From positions 1-64,000 of IMG/VR virus record IMGVR_UViG_3300013936_000015: DNA of 64,000 nt; one strand, 5' to 3'. Origin of the DNA: a virus (taxonomy: Duplodnaviria; Caudoviricetes). Positions 1-9,692 of this stretch are shown here, one piece after another. A program made the position numbers and the translations under genes. Every line of letters begins with the position of its first letter. Within the stretch, counting starts at the first letter, position 1. The notes beneath the pieces are model-generated. The model was given only the letters and a program-made list of their open reading frames with translations, had not been told where the DNA came from and did not search any database.

Positions 1-440
1 TAGAGAAGGGTAGTGAAAGAGCTTTTAAATCACAAGCACTTAATACTATATCTGCTTTTAAAGCCCAGAAACTCAATTTGTCAGTAGATAAAGTAAACAC
101 TCCTATTGGAAATATTGAGAAAGTAAATCCCAATCTTTGTGACCTCTATCCAAATCTTTGGAGGGTAGATATAAAGGCCAATGGGGACTATCTGGGGTCA
201 GTATGTAATAACAATCAAAAACTATATGACAGAGGATATAAGTTCGCTCTATTCGCCCCATGGACACCTCCAGCACATGAGCTTCATGGTCAAGTAAAGA
301 CAGGAAATATTTTCAAAATTGACTTGAGAAAAGAGGCGATGAAAATTAATCGGGAGATTTTCGATAAACACGTTCTTACCGATTTACTTGAAAGTAAAGA
401 GTATCTTTATTTTATTGATTATAGTACTAATGAATATTAA
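1..440 (+). CDS. hypothetical protein, 5' partial
   Basis: The frame of ORF 78..440 stays open back to the window edge; ends TAA. Confidence 0.6.
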   Translation, partial: EKGSERAFKSQALNTISAFKAQKLNLSVDKVNTPIGNIEKVNPNLCDLYPNLWRVDIKANGDYLGSVCNNNQKLYDRGYKFALFAPWTPPAHELHGQVKTGNIFKIDLRKEAMKINREIFDKHVLTDLLESKEYLYFIDYSTNEY

Positions 441-822
441 TATGGAATATAAATATGTTTATAGTGAGCCTATTATTGTAAATGGTAAGCCTATTATATG
501 GAAGGATGATATTATTGAAACTCTAAATAATACGGATATTTATAATCATACCACATATAATACATATACAGTTTCTCCTGAAATAAAAAAGAAAATAATG
601 AAAGGAAGTGTTTCTTTAGAATCATTTAATAATGTGGGGAAAAATGTACCTGAGAAAAAAGATATCAAAGACATTCTTTCTATACTATTTGGAAAGAAAA
701 GTGTTCAAGATTTCTTTCTGATAGCTGCTTTTAATGAGTTTTATAAATATATGAATACTAATGATATTGAATATCTAAAAGAAGCATCTGAATCTATTTC
801 TAAATATAAGAAGTACAGCTAA
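430..822 (+). CDS. hypothetical protein
   Basis: Within ORF 388..822; the ATG overlapping the previous gene end is a plausible start. Confidence 0.55.
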   Translation: MNINMEYKYVYSEPIIVNGKPIIWKDDIIETLNNTDIYNHTTYNTYTVSPEIKKKIMKGSVSLESFNNVGKNVPEKKDIKDILSILFGKKSVQDFFLIAAFNEFYKYMNTNDIEYLKEASESISKYKKYS

Positions 823-1211
823 TGAAAAAGATAATATTAAGTCTACTAATGATATTTAGCAGTATAGGAGTATTCTCACAATCTTATTATAGGTCTACTT
901 TATATTCTTGGTCATATGTTATAAATAACCAATATAGTTGGTCTAACTGAGAAAAATCAGATATTCCTATTATTGTTGATATTCCTAATTATGTAGAAAT
1001 TAAGAGTAAGGCTAAACAATTTTATACTATTACCAGTGAGAGTTCTGAAATACAGAATGATAATAATGGAGGGCAGTCTATATCTTTTAATTTTATAGAT
1101 CAAGATAGTGTTAAAGGGGTTATAACATTTAGAGTGGATCCCGATAATAATAATCAAATCTATATTTATTATAGTGATATTGCTTGGATTTATTGTGTAG
1201 TAAAAGAATGA
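822..1211 (+). pseudogene. signal-peptide protein interrupted by one in-frame TGA (948-950)
   Basis: ATG 822 gives MKKIILSLLMIFSSIGVFSQ...YSWSN*EKSDIPII...AWIYCVVKE, TGA 1209-1211. Both ends overlap neighbouring genes (TAATG, ATGA). Confidence 0.65.
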
Positions 1212-1447
1212 CAGGAGAAATTATTTCAGCAACATTACATTTCTTTGATAAAGGAATCTATATTGAATGTAAAGAATTGGATATAGGTGAATTTATTAAT
1301 AAAGGGGACGGTAACGCCTTTATGAAAGTTCTTAATGACATTGAGGAGCTTTCTAATTCACATTATGTAATAACAGAAAAAGGAGAAGAACTTCTTAAAT
1401 CTCTTAAAAATCAAATTAATGGCGAAGAAGATAATATGGCACTGTAA
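1208..1447 (+). CDS. hypothetical protein
   Basis: ATGA overlap with the upstream gene; part of ORF 1184..1447. Confidence 0.6.
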   Translation: MTGEIISATLHFFDKGIYIECKELDIGEFINKGDGNAFMKVLNDIEELSNSHYVITEKGEELLKSLKNQINGEEDNMAL

Positions 1448-1646
1448 ATATATTCAAGGTTATCTTAGGAATGGTCACATTGAACTTATTCTTAATGATG
1501 AGGAATATAAAGAATTTAAGTCCCTTTCATTAGAAGAACAGACTAAGTGGATTAGGGAAGGAAATTTTATCATTGACAGCTATAGGATAGAAGATTTTCT
1601 TCTTAATGATGATTATATTGTAGAAAATTATGAAGTACAAGAATAA
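1419..1646 (+). CDS. hypothetical protein
   Basis: ORF track; packed in operon. Confidence 0.6.
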   Translation: MAKKIIWHCKYIQGYLRNGHIELILNDEEYKEFKSLSLEEQTKWIREGNFIIDSYRIEDFLLNDDYIVENYEVQE

Positions 1647-1740
1647 AATTAATAAATTGAAGGGTCGTATTGATTTTTACGACAAAATGGATCAACAGAG
1701 TAAGAATGCGGGTACAAAGCCCGGTAGTCAAAAGAAATAA
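1630..1740 (+). CDS. small basic protein (36 aa)
   Basis: MKYKNKINKLKGRIDFYDKMDQQSKNAGTKPGSQKK*; fills the gap before the ATG at 1743. Confidence 0.5.
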   Translation: MKYKNKINKLKGRIDFYDKMDQQSKNAGTKPGSQKK

Positions 1741-1742
1741 TT

Positions 1743-2012
1743 ATGACAATTAAAGGAGATGATTTTAAATTAGTAACATCGTTAGATACTTATGCTGATG
1801 CTTGGGATGTTATAATGAAAGTTCCTACCAAAAATGGTAAGAGGGAAAAAACAATTTGTTATGGTGTTAATTTAAACCATGCTATCCAAGTAATTATCAA
1901 TACCAGAATAAGATTACATAATGATGTTATTACAATGGAAGATTATTTACAACAATATAAAGATAATTTAAAATCTTTGGATATTATGGTAAATGATAAT
2001 AAAGGGAAGTGA
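1743..2012 (+). CDS. hypothetical protein (paralog of next gene)
   Basis: MTIKGDDFKLV...YGVNLNHAIQVI, similar to 1993..2265. Confidence 0.7.
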   Translation: MTIKGDDFKLVTSLDTYADAWDVIMKVPTKNGKREKTICYGVNLNHAIQVIINTRIRLHNDVITMEDYLQQYKDNLKSLDIMVNDNKGK

Positions 2013-2265
2013 CTATAAATTAGTTTCTATTAGTGATTATTTTTGGGATTTATATCTGGCTAAAAATGAAAATAGCTATTTATCTCCTCAATATGGATTA
2101 CCTCTAGATGAGGCAATAGATAGAATTGCACGATATAGAACTGCTAAGAAAAAAGAAGAGTGTTCTATTAAGAAGTATCTAGAAACTTATAGAAAATTCT
2201 TAAAAGAGATTGATAAATATGTTCACAAAGAAGCCAAAACTAATAAGATACAAAACCCAAAATAA
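1993..2265 (+). CDS. hypothetical protein (paralog of previous gene)
   Basis: MIIKGSDYKLV...YGLPLDEAIDRI. Confidence 0.7.
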   Translation: MIIKGSDYKLVSISDYFWDLYLAKNENSYLSPQYGLPLDEAIDRIARYRTAKKKEECSIKKYLETYRKFLKEIDKYVHKEAKTNKIQNPK

Positions 2266-2491
2266 TGAAATAATTACTATAGGAGCTAAATTTGTCTATG
2301 AAATATGTAAATATTTTATTTATAAAAATAGATATGAATATATTTCAGGTAAATTTATATCAAGTGATTCTTATATGAAATCAAAAACTCAAATTAAAGA
2401 GCATGATGATTATATAGAATTATTGGAACTTACTATGATAAAAGCCCCTATACAATTTATTAAGAATTATGGATTGCAAGAAATAGAATAG
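2219..2491 (+). CDS. hypothetical protein
   Basis: ORF 2210..2491; ends in TAG, so the true end is uncertain under recoding. Confidence 0.5.
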   Translation: MFTKKPKLIRYKTQNNEIITIGAKFVYEICKYFIYKNRYEYISGKFISSDSYMKSKTQIKEHDDYIELLELTMIKAPIQFIKNYGLQEIE

Positions 2492-2813
2492 TCTAAGAGT
2501 AATCTTAATTATAATATTATTATGTGTAGTCTGTTTGATTTTTATAGGTTTGTTTAGAACTAATATAAGAGTTAAACAGACACATTCTATTGATACTATT
2601 ATATAGTCAGAAAAAATCTATAGAGATAGTTTGAAGATAAAGAATACATAGATAGATAATAAAATCTATAATGTAAATAAGAATTATGAGAAAACGGTTA
2701 CTAGGATTATTAATCAGCCTTATGATTCCGATATTCTGTTTATCAAAAACTATCTATCAAGATACACTATTGACTCAACAGGATTACAAGAAGATAGCTC
2801 TTATCTTAAATGA
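2469..2813 (+). CDS. putative inner-membrane spanin-like protein (3 in-frame TAG read as Gln)
   Basis: MDCKK(Q)NSLRVILIIILLCVVCLIFIGLF: TM helix then coiled-coil-like region; ends TGA 2811-2813. Confidence 0.6.
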
Positions 2814-3051
2814 ACATAATAAATTAAAAATAGAGAATAAATTGTTATATTAGAAAATTGGTAATTATGACAAATTACTTAAATCTTATGATAAAACAGA
2901 TTCTCTTTATAGATGGCAATTAAATGTTTATAAAAATGACTTAGATAGTAAAGAAGAGGAGATTACCCTTTTAAATAAAAAGGCATCTATCTATAAAACA
3001 GCTAGTTTTGTATTAGTATTAGGGTGGATAATGTACTTAATCCTAAAATAA
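2686..3051 (+). CDS. putative spanin partner (signal-like N-terminus, coiled coil, C-terminal TM; 1 in-frame TAG)
   Basis: MRKRLLGLLISLMIPIFCLS...KLLY(Q)KIG...ASFVLVLGWIMYLILK*; overlaps the previous gene in another frame, as spanin pairs do. Confidence 0.55.
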
Positions 3052-3347
3052 ATAGTATTACTATAAAAGCTCAATGTGTTCTAATACAAGATGAGATAAA
3101 TGGATATACTAATATTGTATTTAAGAATCTAGAATCTACTACTTGGTTCAATAAATATATTATGTGTGTCCGTTATCCTAATTGGCAAGGAGCTTTTCCA
3201 CAGCTAAATGATATAGGATATTTACAATATTCTTATGTATTGGCTGGAACTCAATACTTTGATAAAAAGTCGCAAGACTTTAGATGTTATGGATATAATC
3301 ATATTAGATTTGATAAATTTTTGAAAGATAATGAAGAAGAAGATTAA
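3024..3347 (+). CDS. conserved hypothetical phage protein
   Basis: ORF track; beta-rich, YIMCVRYPNW motif. Confidence 0.65.
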   Translation: MDNVLNPKINSITIKAQCVLIQDEINGYTNIVFKNLESTTWFNKYIMCVRYPNWQGAFPQLNDIGYLQYSYVLAGTQYFDKKSQDFRCYGYNHIRFDKFLKDNEEED

Positions 3348-3361
3348 TTAGAATTAAATTT

Positions 3362-4315
3362 ATGGGAATTAGTATTATTGGAGAGAAGTTAAAGGAAGCA
3401 CAGCGTAAAAAGAATGAAGAGCGTGAATTAGCAAAGAATGATATGAACAACTGGTTTTGGAAGGGTCCAAAGAAAGTTGTTGCAGGTATAAGAATGCAAT
3501 CCAAAGAGAAATTGCTTGATGCTTCTTTAGAGCAACTAAAGACATGGTATAATCATTGTTATGAAATGCTATGGAATAAGAATGCTACTAATCCGGGAAG
3601 ATATGTCTTAAAGGATATAGTTGATGATCAGATTCTTAATTGTGGTACAGAATTATTAATTAGACTACAAGAGAATCGTTATAAGTCTAGCGATAGAGAA
3701 GCACTTCCAAGGACCTTATTCTATAAGGATCTCACTACATTACTTAGTTCCCCAGATACTAAAGATTCTATTGATACTAATAATTGGGATAAAATTCCAA
3801 TTAGAGCTTGTATTGCTAATTGTCCTGAAGAATTTAGAGATATTAATGCAAGAAAGGTATTAGATGGATGTTTAGGAAATCTTGGGAAATTTTCTAGAAA
3901 GCATATCACTCTTACATTTATTTTGAATATGGGGATAAATCTTACAGAAGAAGAGCTTTCTCTATTTAAAACAGAAGCTCCAAATATAATGGAAGCTGTT
4001 AAAAATAAGCTAGGTATTCCTGATAACTTCAAAATAAAAAGAAAATCTAATGGATTAACTTATAAGGAATTACAATCTATTATTCATATTAAAGAGATTG
4101 ATTATACTTCTATGTCTAATGAGGTTCTTTTGCTTTTAAGAGATAAGATGCTTCCAAGATTATTAGATGAAATTTATAAACAAATCTATATGTGGGAAGA
4201 TCTTCTTGATAAGCTAAATAAAGTAGCTATTAAGAATTTTGATACCACTCTTGATGATGGCACTACAAGCGGACAGAACAGAAAGACAGAAGAAGTGTCT
4301 AAAGAATTGGATTAA
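3362..4315 (+). CDS. hypothetical protein (317 aa)
   Basis: Long ORF with ATG start. Confidence 0.8.
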   Translation: MGISIIGEKLKEAQRKKNEERELAKNDMNNWFWKGPKKVVAGIRMQSKEKLLDASLEQLKTWYNHCYEMLWNKNATNPGRYVLKDIVDDQILNCGTELLIRLQENRYKSSDREALPRTLFYKDLTTLLSSPDTKDSIDTNNWDKIPIRACIANCPEEFRDINARKVLDGCLGNLGKFSRKHITLTFILNMGINLTEEELSLFKTEAPNIMEAVKNKLGIPDNFKIKRKSNGLTYKELQSIIHIKEIDYTSMSNEVLLLLRDKMLPRLLDEIYKQIYMWEDLLDKLNKVAIKNFDTTLDDGTTSGQNRKTEEVSKELD

Positions 4316-5861
4316 ATATAAATGTCAAGCTTGTATTGAGGCAGCTACTGGATTTGGTGCCCGTTATAAAATTTACATACAATTTATTAGATAGAAAATT
4401 TAAATTGTATGAATTTTTTAAAAATGGAAGCCGTTCTGTTCAGGAATGGACAGAATTATTATTGAGCAAAGTCGGTGAAAATTCTATATAGAATAATACC
4501 GAGGTAACAAAAGAACTTAAAAAGCCTTTTGCACTGTACAGCATAGAGAATGAACCTATAGAATAATTCAATTAATACATCAAATTATTCTATAGAATAT
4601 AATTTCTCCACGAGTGTTCAATACCCTAATGGGTAAAAATATATGCGGAACTTACTAGTAATAGTAAGAAAACAGGATAAAAAGCCTGTTGGTAACACAT
4701 TTGAAGACCTACATGGCCTCAATGGCAATATCATTACTTCAGAGGAAATATCCAGATCTAAAAAGTATTGTAATAGTACCAACAGAAATACTTCTTAATC
4801 AATGGAAAGACCAATTAAATAAATGGAAGTTATCAAATGTTGATGTAATTATTATAAATACTGCTATAAAACACACTTATACGTGTGATTTATTAATATT
4901 GGATGAGTGCCACCGTTATGCGGCTGATACTTTTAAAAGAGTTTTCGATGTTATTCACTATTCCTATGTACTTGGTTTAACTGCTACATTGGCTAGAACT
5001 GACGGGAAGGAAGAATATATAAAACGATTCTGCCCGATTTGTGATACAGTGTCTGTTAAAGAGTGCCTAGCTAATCATTGGGTATCTAATTATGACGAGT
5101 ATCTAGTTCTAATAGATGTGGATGATATTGATACTTATAAAGGCTACAATAAACAGTTTATTAAAGCATTTAGTTATTTTGATTTTGATTGGAATTTAGT
5201 TAATAAGTGTTCTGGTCCTAATGGATATAAGATGAAGAATCTTCTTGCCAGTCAAAGAGCCTCTTCTTCAGAAGGAAGGAAGACAGTATTAAAAGAGATT
5301 ACTTTAAATGCAGCACAAGTATTTAGATGGTTGCAAAAGAGAAAGTCTTTTATCTATAATCATCCTAAGAAGATAGAGATAGCCAAGAAAATTATGGATA
5401 ATTATCCAAATAAGAAACTTATTACTTTTAGTAGTAATATTAAAATGGCTAGAGCTCTTGAAGATGGTAAGTACTTGTATACCAGTAAGACTACCAAGAA
5501 AGAGGGAAAAATACTTATAGAAAACTTTAATAAACAAGAAAGTGGTCATTTACATACAGTAAAAAAAGCAGATGAAGGTCTGTCTGTTGATAATATTGAA
5601 ATAGCTATTATAGTAGGACTTACTTCTTCATCTACACAAGCAACACAGCGGTTAGGTAGAGTAATAAGATATCAGCCCGATAAAAAAGCACTTATATTTA
5701 ATCTTATTTTAAATAACACTGTTGAAGTAGAATGGTTTTTACGTGGACATGAGAAAAATGACTATATAACCATTAAAGAATCAGAGTTAGATAATGTATT
5801 AAATGAAAAGGAATATTCAGAATATGAACTTCCTTTACTTAGATCAATAAATAAAGAATGA
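4254..5861 (+). CDS. SF2 DExH helicase (ResIII/XPB-like), spliced: exon1 4254-4358, exon2 4704-5861
   Basis: Joining the exons restores Walker A AATGFG|KT; DECH, LTAT and QRLGR motifs are in exon 2. Confidence 0.88.
4359..4703 (+). mobile_element. group I intron (ORF-less) in helicase Walker A
   Basis: Exon ends in U, intron ends in G; GGU pairs with GCC (U.G wobble) at the base of a long P1 hairpin; group I core-like segments (gtcggtgaaa...aataccgag, aatatatgcggaac). Confidence 0.85.
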
Positions 5862-5929
5862 CTATGTGAAAATTAATCATTTCTTGTATTAGATGCAAGA
5901 AAACATTTCACTTTTGATAAAAGTGATTA

Positions 5930-6541
5930 GTGGGAGAATTAAACATTGATAATGAGAGTATTATACTCTTAAACTATAATCTAAGCCCAAATGAGTTGTA
6001 TGCAATAAAATGTATCCTATATTATATAGATGGACATAAGGAATATTTTAAGCGGTATATGAAGCTCCCGGAAAGTCTGAGGGGCAATTTAATAGACCTA
6101 TTAGAGGGACTAAAGAAGAAACATATTGTATGTGTTAATTCTAAAATTAAATTTAATAAAGAGGATTATGATTCTCTTGGTACTGTAAAATTTAATTCTA
6201 GTTTTACTAATGGATATTATAGAGCTTCCAGAGAGTTAGGAGAAGAATTATATCGTATATATCCTAGTTCTACTTGGATTAATGGAATAGAAACTCCATT
6301 AAGAACTGTAGCAGCTAAATTTAATTCCTTAGAAGAAGCATTCGACAGATATGCCAAAGATATCCATAATAATAATGAAACTCATAAGGAAGTATTAAAG
6401 ATTGTCAATTGGGCAAAAACAAATGACAGACTTAATATGAGTTTAGGGTCATTTATTGTAAATAACAGCTGGTTAGATCTAAAAGAAATAAAAGATGGAA
6501 AAGTAGGAAATTATAATCCCGATTGTATTAGATTAATATGA
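5930..6541 (+). CDS. putative replication initiator/helicase-loader-like protein
   Basis: GTG start; directly upstream of and overlapping DnaB. Function inferred from position only. Confidence 0.5.
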   Translation: MGELNIDNESIILLNYNLSPNELYAIKCILYYIDGHKEYFKRYMKLPESLRGNLIDLLEGLKKKHIVCVNSKIKFNKEDYDSLGTVKFNSSFTNGYYRASRELGEELYRIYPSSTWINGIETPLRTVAAKFNSLEEAFDRYAKDIHNNNETHKEVLKIVNWAKTNDRLNMSLGSFIVNNSWLDLKEIKDGKVGNYNPDCIRLI

Positions 6542-7617
6542 TAGTAGACTCTTTATTATCTAAAATCGAAGAAGGAAGAGAAGGAAAGAATCAAGGATTT
6601 TCTATGGGGATTCCTAAATTAGAAGGAGTAGTTGATGGAATTACTAAACAAACATATTCTGTTATTTTTTCTGGTTCAGGAAGTGGAAAGACCTCATTAG
6701 TTCTCTATTCTTATGTTTATTCTCCTTTAAAAGAACACTTAGATGATGATAATTTTAGAATTGTATATTTCTCAGCAGAAATGAGTGCTGATTTAGTAAT
6801 GGCTAAATTATTAGTAACTCATATCTTTGAAACATATCATATTCAATTATCAGTAAAAGAGATATTATCAAGAAAGAAGGGACACGTATTAAGTAATGAT
6901 AACTATAACATTATTAAGGAGTGTATTCCTTGGTTAAAAAAGGTAGAATCTAAAATATTAATACATGATAGATCTATTAATGCTAATTTTATCTATGCAT
7001 TTCTAAAACAAGATTTAGAAAGGTATGGTAAATTTAACGTACAGACCAATCATACAGTATATACTCCTAATAATCCAGATATGGTGTATGAAGTAATCAT
7101 AGATCATATCAGTCTCCTAAGACCCCATGACGGACGTACTCTTAAACAAGAGATAGATCTAACTTCTAAGTATTTACTTACTCTTAGGAATATTGCCGGG
7201 ATTAGTCCTGTCGTTATTCAACAAGCTAATAGAGAGCAGGGAAATGCAGAAAGAAGAAGACAAGGAGGATTTGGTTTTACATTGCTCGATACTAAAGATA
7301 GTGGTGGCCCTGTTCAAGATGCAGAAATTGTTATAGCTATTGATAATCCTTTTAGAGATAGAAGGAATGACTGTGATGGCTATAATGTTTCCATATTACA
7401 AGATAAATTCAGATTAATTGCTGTATTAAAATCTAGATATGGAGATTCTGACGTGAAAATGGGTGTAAATTATTTTGGAAATATCAATGTATGGAAAGAG
7501 CTTCCATTACCAAATGATATTTACGATTATAATAAATATACCACACCAGATTATATATATAGTGATACAAAAGATATTATAAAAGACTTAGATAGTAATG
7601 TAAACTTTAAATTATAA
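6538..7617 (+). CDS. dnaB: DnaB-like replicative helicase
   Basis: GSGSGKT Walker A, FSAEM, IIDHI, QQANR, KSRYG motifs. Confidence 0.88.
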   Translation: MIVDSLLSKIEEGREGKNQGFSMGIPKLEGVVDGITKQTYSVIFSGSGSGKTSLVLYSYVYSPLKEHLDDDNFRIVYFSAEMSADLVMAKLLVTHIFETYHIQLSVKEILSRKKGHVLSNDNYNIIKECIPWLKKVESKILIHDRSINANFIYAFLKQDLERYGKFNVQTNHTVYTPNNPDMVYEVIIDHISLLRPHDGRTLKQEIDLTSKYLLTLRNIAGISPVVIQQANREQGNAERRRQGGFGFTLLDTKDSGGPVQDAEIVIAIDNPFRDRRNDCDGYNVSILQDKFRLIAVLKSRYGDSDVKMGVNYFGNINVWKELPLPNDIYDYNKYTTPDYIYSDTKDIIKDLDSNVNFKL

Positions 7618-7623
7618 TGTATA

Positions 7624-8313
7624 ATGGCTGAAATGTTAGCTGTAGTAGGCGAGAGTGGTAGCGGTAAGACTACAAGTATTAGGAATCTTAATCCAGAAGA
7701 GACTTTTATCATTAGTACTACTGGTAAACGCCCCGGAATCCCTGGAGCAAAGAAGAAATATCCTAATTTTAAATTAGTAGATAAAAAGCCTACTGGAAAT
7801 TTTTATGTTGCATCTGATGTAGATAGTATTAGTAAGATGCTAAAGGTTATTAATACTATCATGAAGCACATTAAAGTAGTCATTATTGACGATTATCAAT
7901 ATATCATGGGTTTCGAGGCTATGGATAAAGCTGAAGTGAAGTCTTTTGATAAGTATACTCAGATTGCACAGCATGCATATCAAGTATTAAAGGATGCTAT
8001 GAATATGCGTGATGATTTGTTTGTATGTGTTTTAACTCATAGTGATAATCAGGGGGATAAAATTAATCCTTATTATGTAATCAAGACTCAGGGTAAAATG
8101 TTGACAAATGTTATTACTCTTGAGGGTTTGTTTACATATGTACTATTTACTGATGTTAAGACTAATGAGGATGGTAAGCCAATGTATAGATTTAAAACAA
8201 ATAGTGATGGTACTTGTACTGCCAAGACTCCTATGGGGTTATTTGATGATTTATATATTGACAATGATTTGAATTTTGTAATTAATAAGATTAGAGAATA
8301 TAATGGTGACTAA
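7624..8313 (+). CDS. AAA-family ATPase (Sak4/AAA_24-like)
   Basis: GESGSGKTT, VIIDD, LTH, TAKTPMG. Confidence 0.8.
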   Translation: MAEMLAVVGESGSGKTTSIRNLNPEETFIISTTGKRPGIPGAKKKYPNFKLVDKKPTGNFYVASDVDSISKMLKVINTIMKHIKVVIIDDYQYIMGFEAMDKAEVKSFDKYTQIAQHAYQVLKDAMNMRDDLFVCVLTHSDNQGDKINPYYVIKTQGKMLTNVITLEGLFTYVLFTDVKTNEDGKPMYRFKTNSDGTCTAKTPMGLFDDLYIDNDLNFVINKIREYNGD

Positions 8314-8947
8314 AGCAATTATTTCGATTGAGTTCACTGATGAGAAGACTGGGGAAATCTCCGTCCAGAGCTTTGATATTACAGAGCTTGCTGCTAAAAG
8401 TATTAAAACGACAAAAGTAAAGGCTCCAAAGAGTACTCTGTTTGAGGATTCGACACCTAAATTAGTGTTGGAGAGTACTAAGTATACTCTCTCTACTGGA
8501 GCAATGAAAATGCTTAATGTAAAACAAGGGGATAAGCTGTCCATTAATTATCAGAAAATCGGTAAGACAGAATTTCCGGTTATTGGTCTTTCTACCGCAT
8601 TTGGAGAAGGAACAGGAAGTACATTATCGAAAAATGGTACTGTAAGATTTTCTGGCAATAAACAGGAAATGCTTGAAACATTTGGGAATGAATTTATTCT
8701 CGTAAATCATCCCAATTCTGGAAACATCTTCATTCTTACAAAAGATGGCTCTCTTCCAGAAATAGATTATACAGTTAGTAGTCTTAATGAGTCTACAAAA
8801 CAACAGGCTTCTGTGAAGCTTGAAAAGAAAGAGGAGACAGTAGAGCTTCCTCAACCAGAACCAGAAAATGATAGTAAGGATGATCTTGATTTGGATGATC
8901 TCCTGAATGGTTCTGATGATGCAAAGGTAAATGATTTTAGTTTATAA
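8303..8947 (+). CDS. hypothetical protein with acidic C-terminus
   Basis: ORF track. Confidence 0.75.
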   Translation: MVTKAIISIEFTDEKTGEISVQSFDITELAAKSIKTTKVKAPKSTLFEDSTPKLVLESTKYTLSTGAMKMLNVKQGDKLSINYQKIGKTEFPVIGLSTAFGEGTGSTLSKNGTVRFSGNKQEMLETFGNEFILVNHPNSGNIFILTKDGSLPEIDYTVSSLNESTKQQASVKLEKKEETVELPQPEPENDSKDDLDLDDLLNGSDDAKVNDFSL

Positions 8948-8970
8948 TAATAATTTAATTAATAAGAATT

Positions 8971-9672
8971 ATGGAATTTAATTTTAGTAGTAGTGCAAAA
9001 GAAGTAAAGAGTGAGTCATTTTTGAAGCCTTGGGCTGTTTATGATAATGTTTCCTTTGGTGGGATTCAAGGACCTACCACTGGAGATAAGAAACAAGGAG
9101 GTACTTGGCGTAAATGGGATTTAGTCTTTACTTGCCCAGATGGTGTTTATAAAGAGTCTATCTTTGAACCTTCTGAAGGTGGTGATAAGCGGAAAGAAAT
9201 TGATGGACAGAATGGCGGTAAGATTAAAATGCCTTCTGATATTGATAACATCAATCTTAAATTGCAGCAAGTCATTAGTGTCTTTATGAACGATGAGAAT
9301 AAAGCAAAATTCCAGAAACTTAGTAATGATGGTAAGTTTAAGGGAATTGAGTTCTCTAAGTTTATTGAAGTAGTCAAGAAACTTCTTGTAAACCCAAAGA
9401 AACCAAGTGCTGATTATCCTATCAGTATTAAATTGCAAGGAAATCAAAATGGTTATGCTCGTCTCCCTTATGCACGAATTAGTGAGCGTGATGGAGTAGA
9501 AGAGGCTTGGATGGAGCGTTGGATTGGTCCTAATCTTACAATGAGTGCTTATGAAAAGGGAAAGGCTTCTGAATATCAGAAAGCCAAACCTACTGATATG
9601 TCTGCTATTGATAAGCCTACTATTAAAGATTCAGATCTAGAAGATCTGGATAGCTTGGTTGGAGAAATTTAA
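8971..9672 (+). CDS. putative single-stranded DNA-binding protein
   Basis: Acidic tail (DSDLEDLDSL); lies between the ATPase and primase. Confidence 0.5.
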   Translation: MEFNFSSSAKEVKSESFLKPWAVYDNVSFGGIQGPTTGDKKQGGTWRKWDLVFTCPDGVYKESIFEPSEGGDKRKEIDGQNGGKIKMPSDIDNINLKLQQVISVFMNDENKAKFQKLSNDGKFKGIEFSKFIEVVKKLLVNPKKPSADYPISIKLQGNQNGYARLPYARISERDGVEEAWMERWIGPNLTMSAYEKGKASEYQKAKPTDMSAIDKPTIKDSDLEDLDSLVGEI

Positions 9673-9692
9673 AAAATAAATATTGATATGGG

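Noticed and set aside
4689-5861. Helicase starting at TTG 4689
   Set aside because: It would lack Walker A; splicing to exon 4254-4358 restores it.
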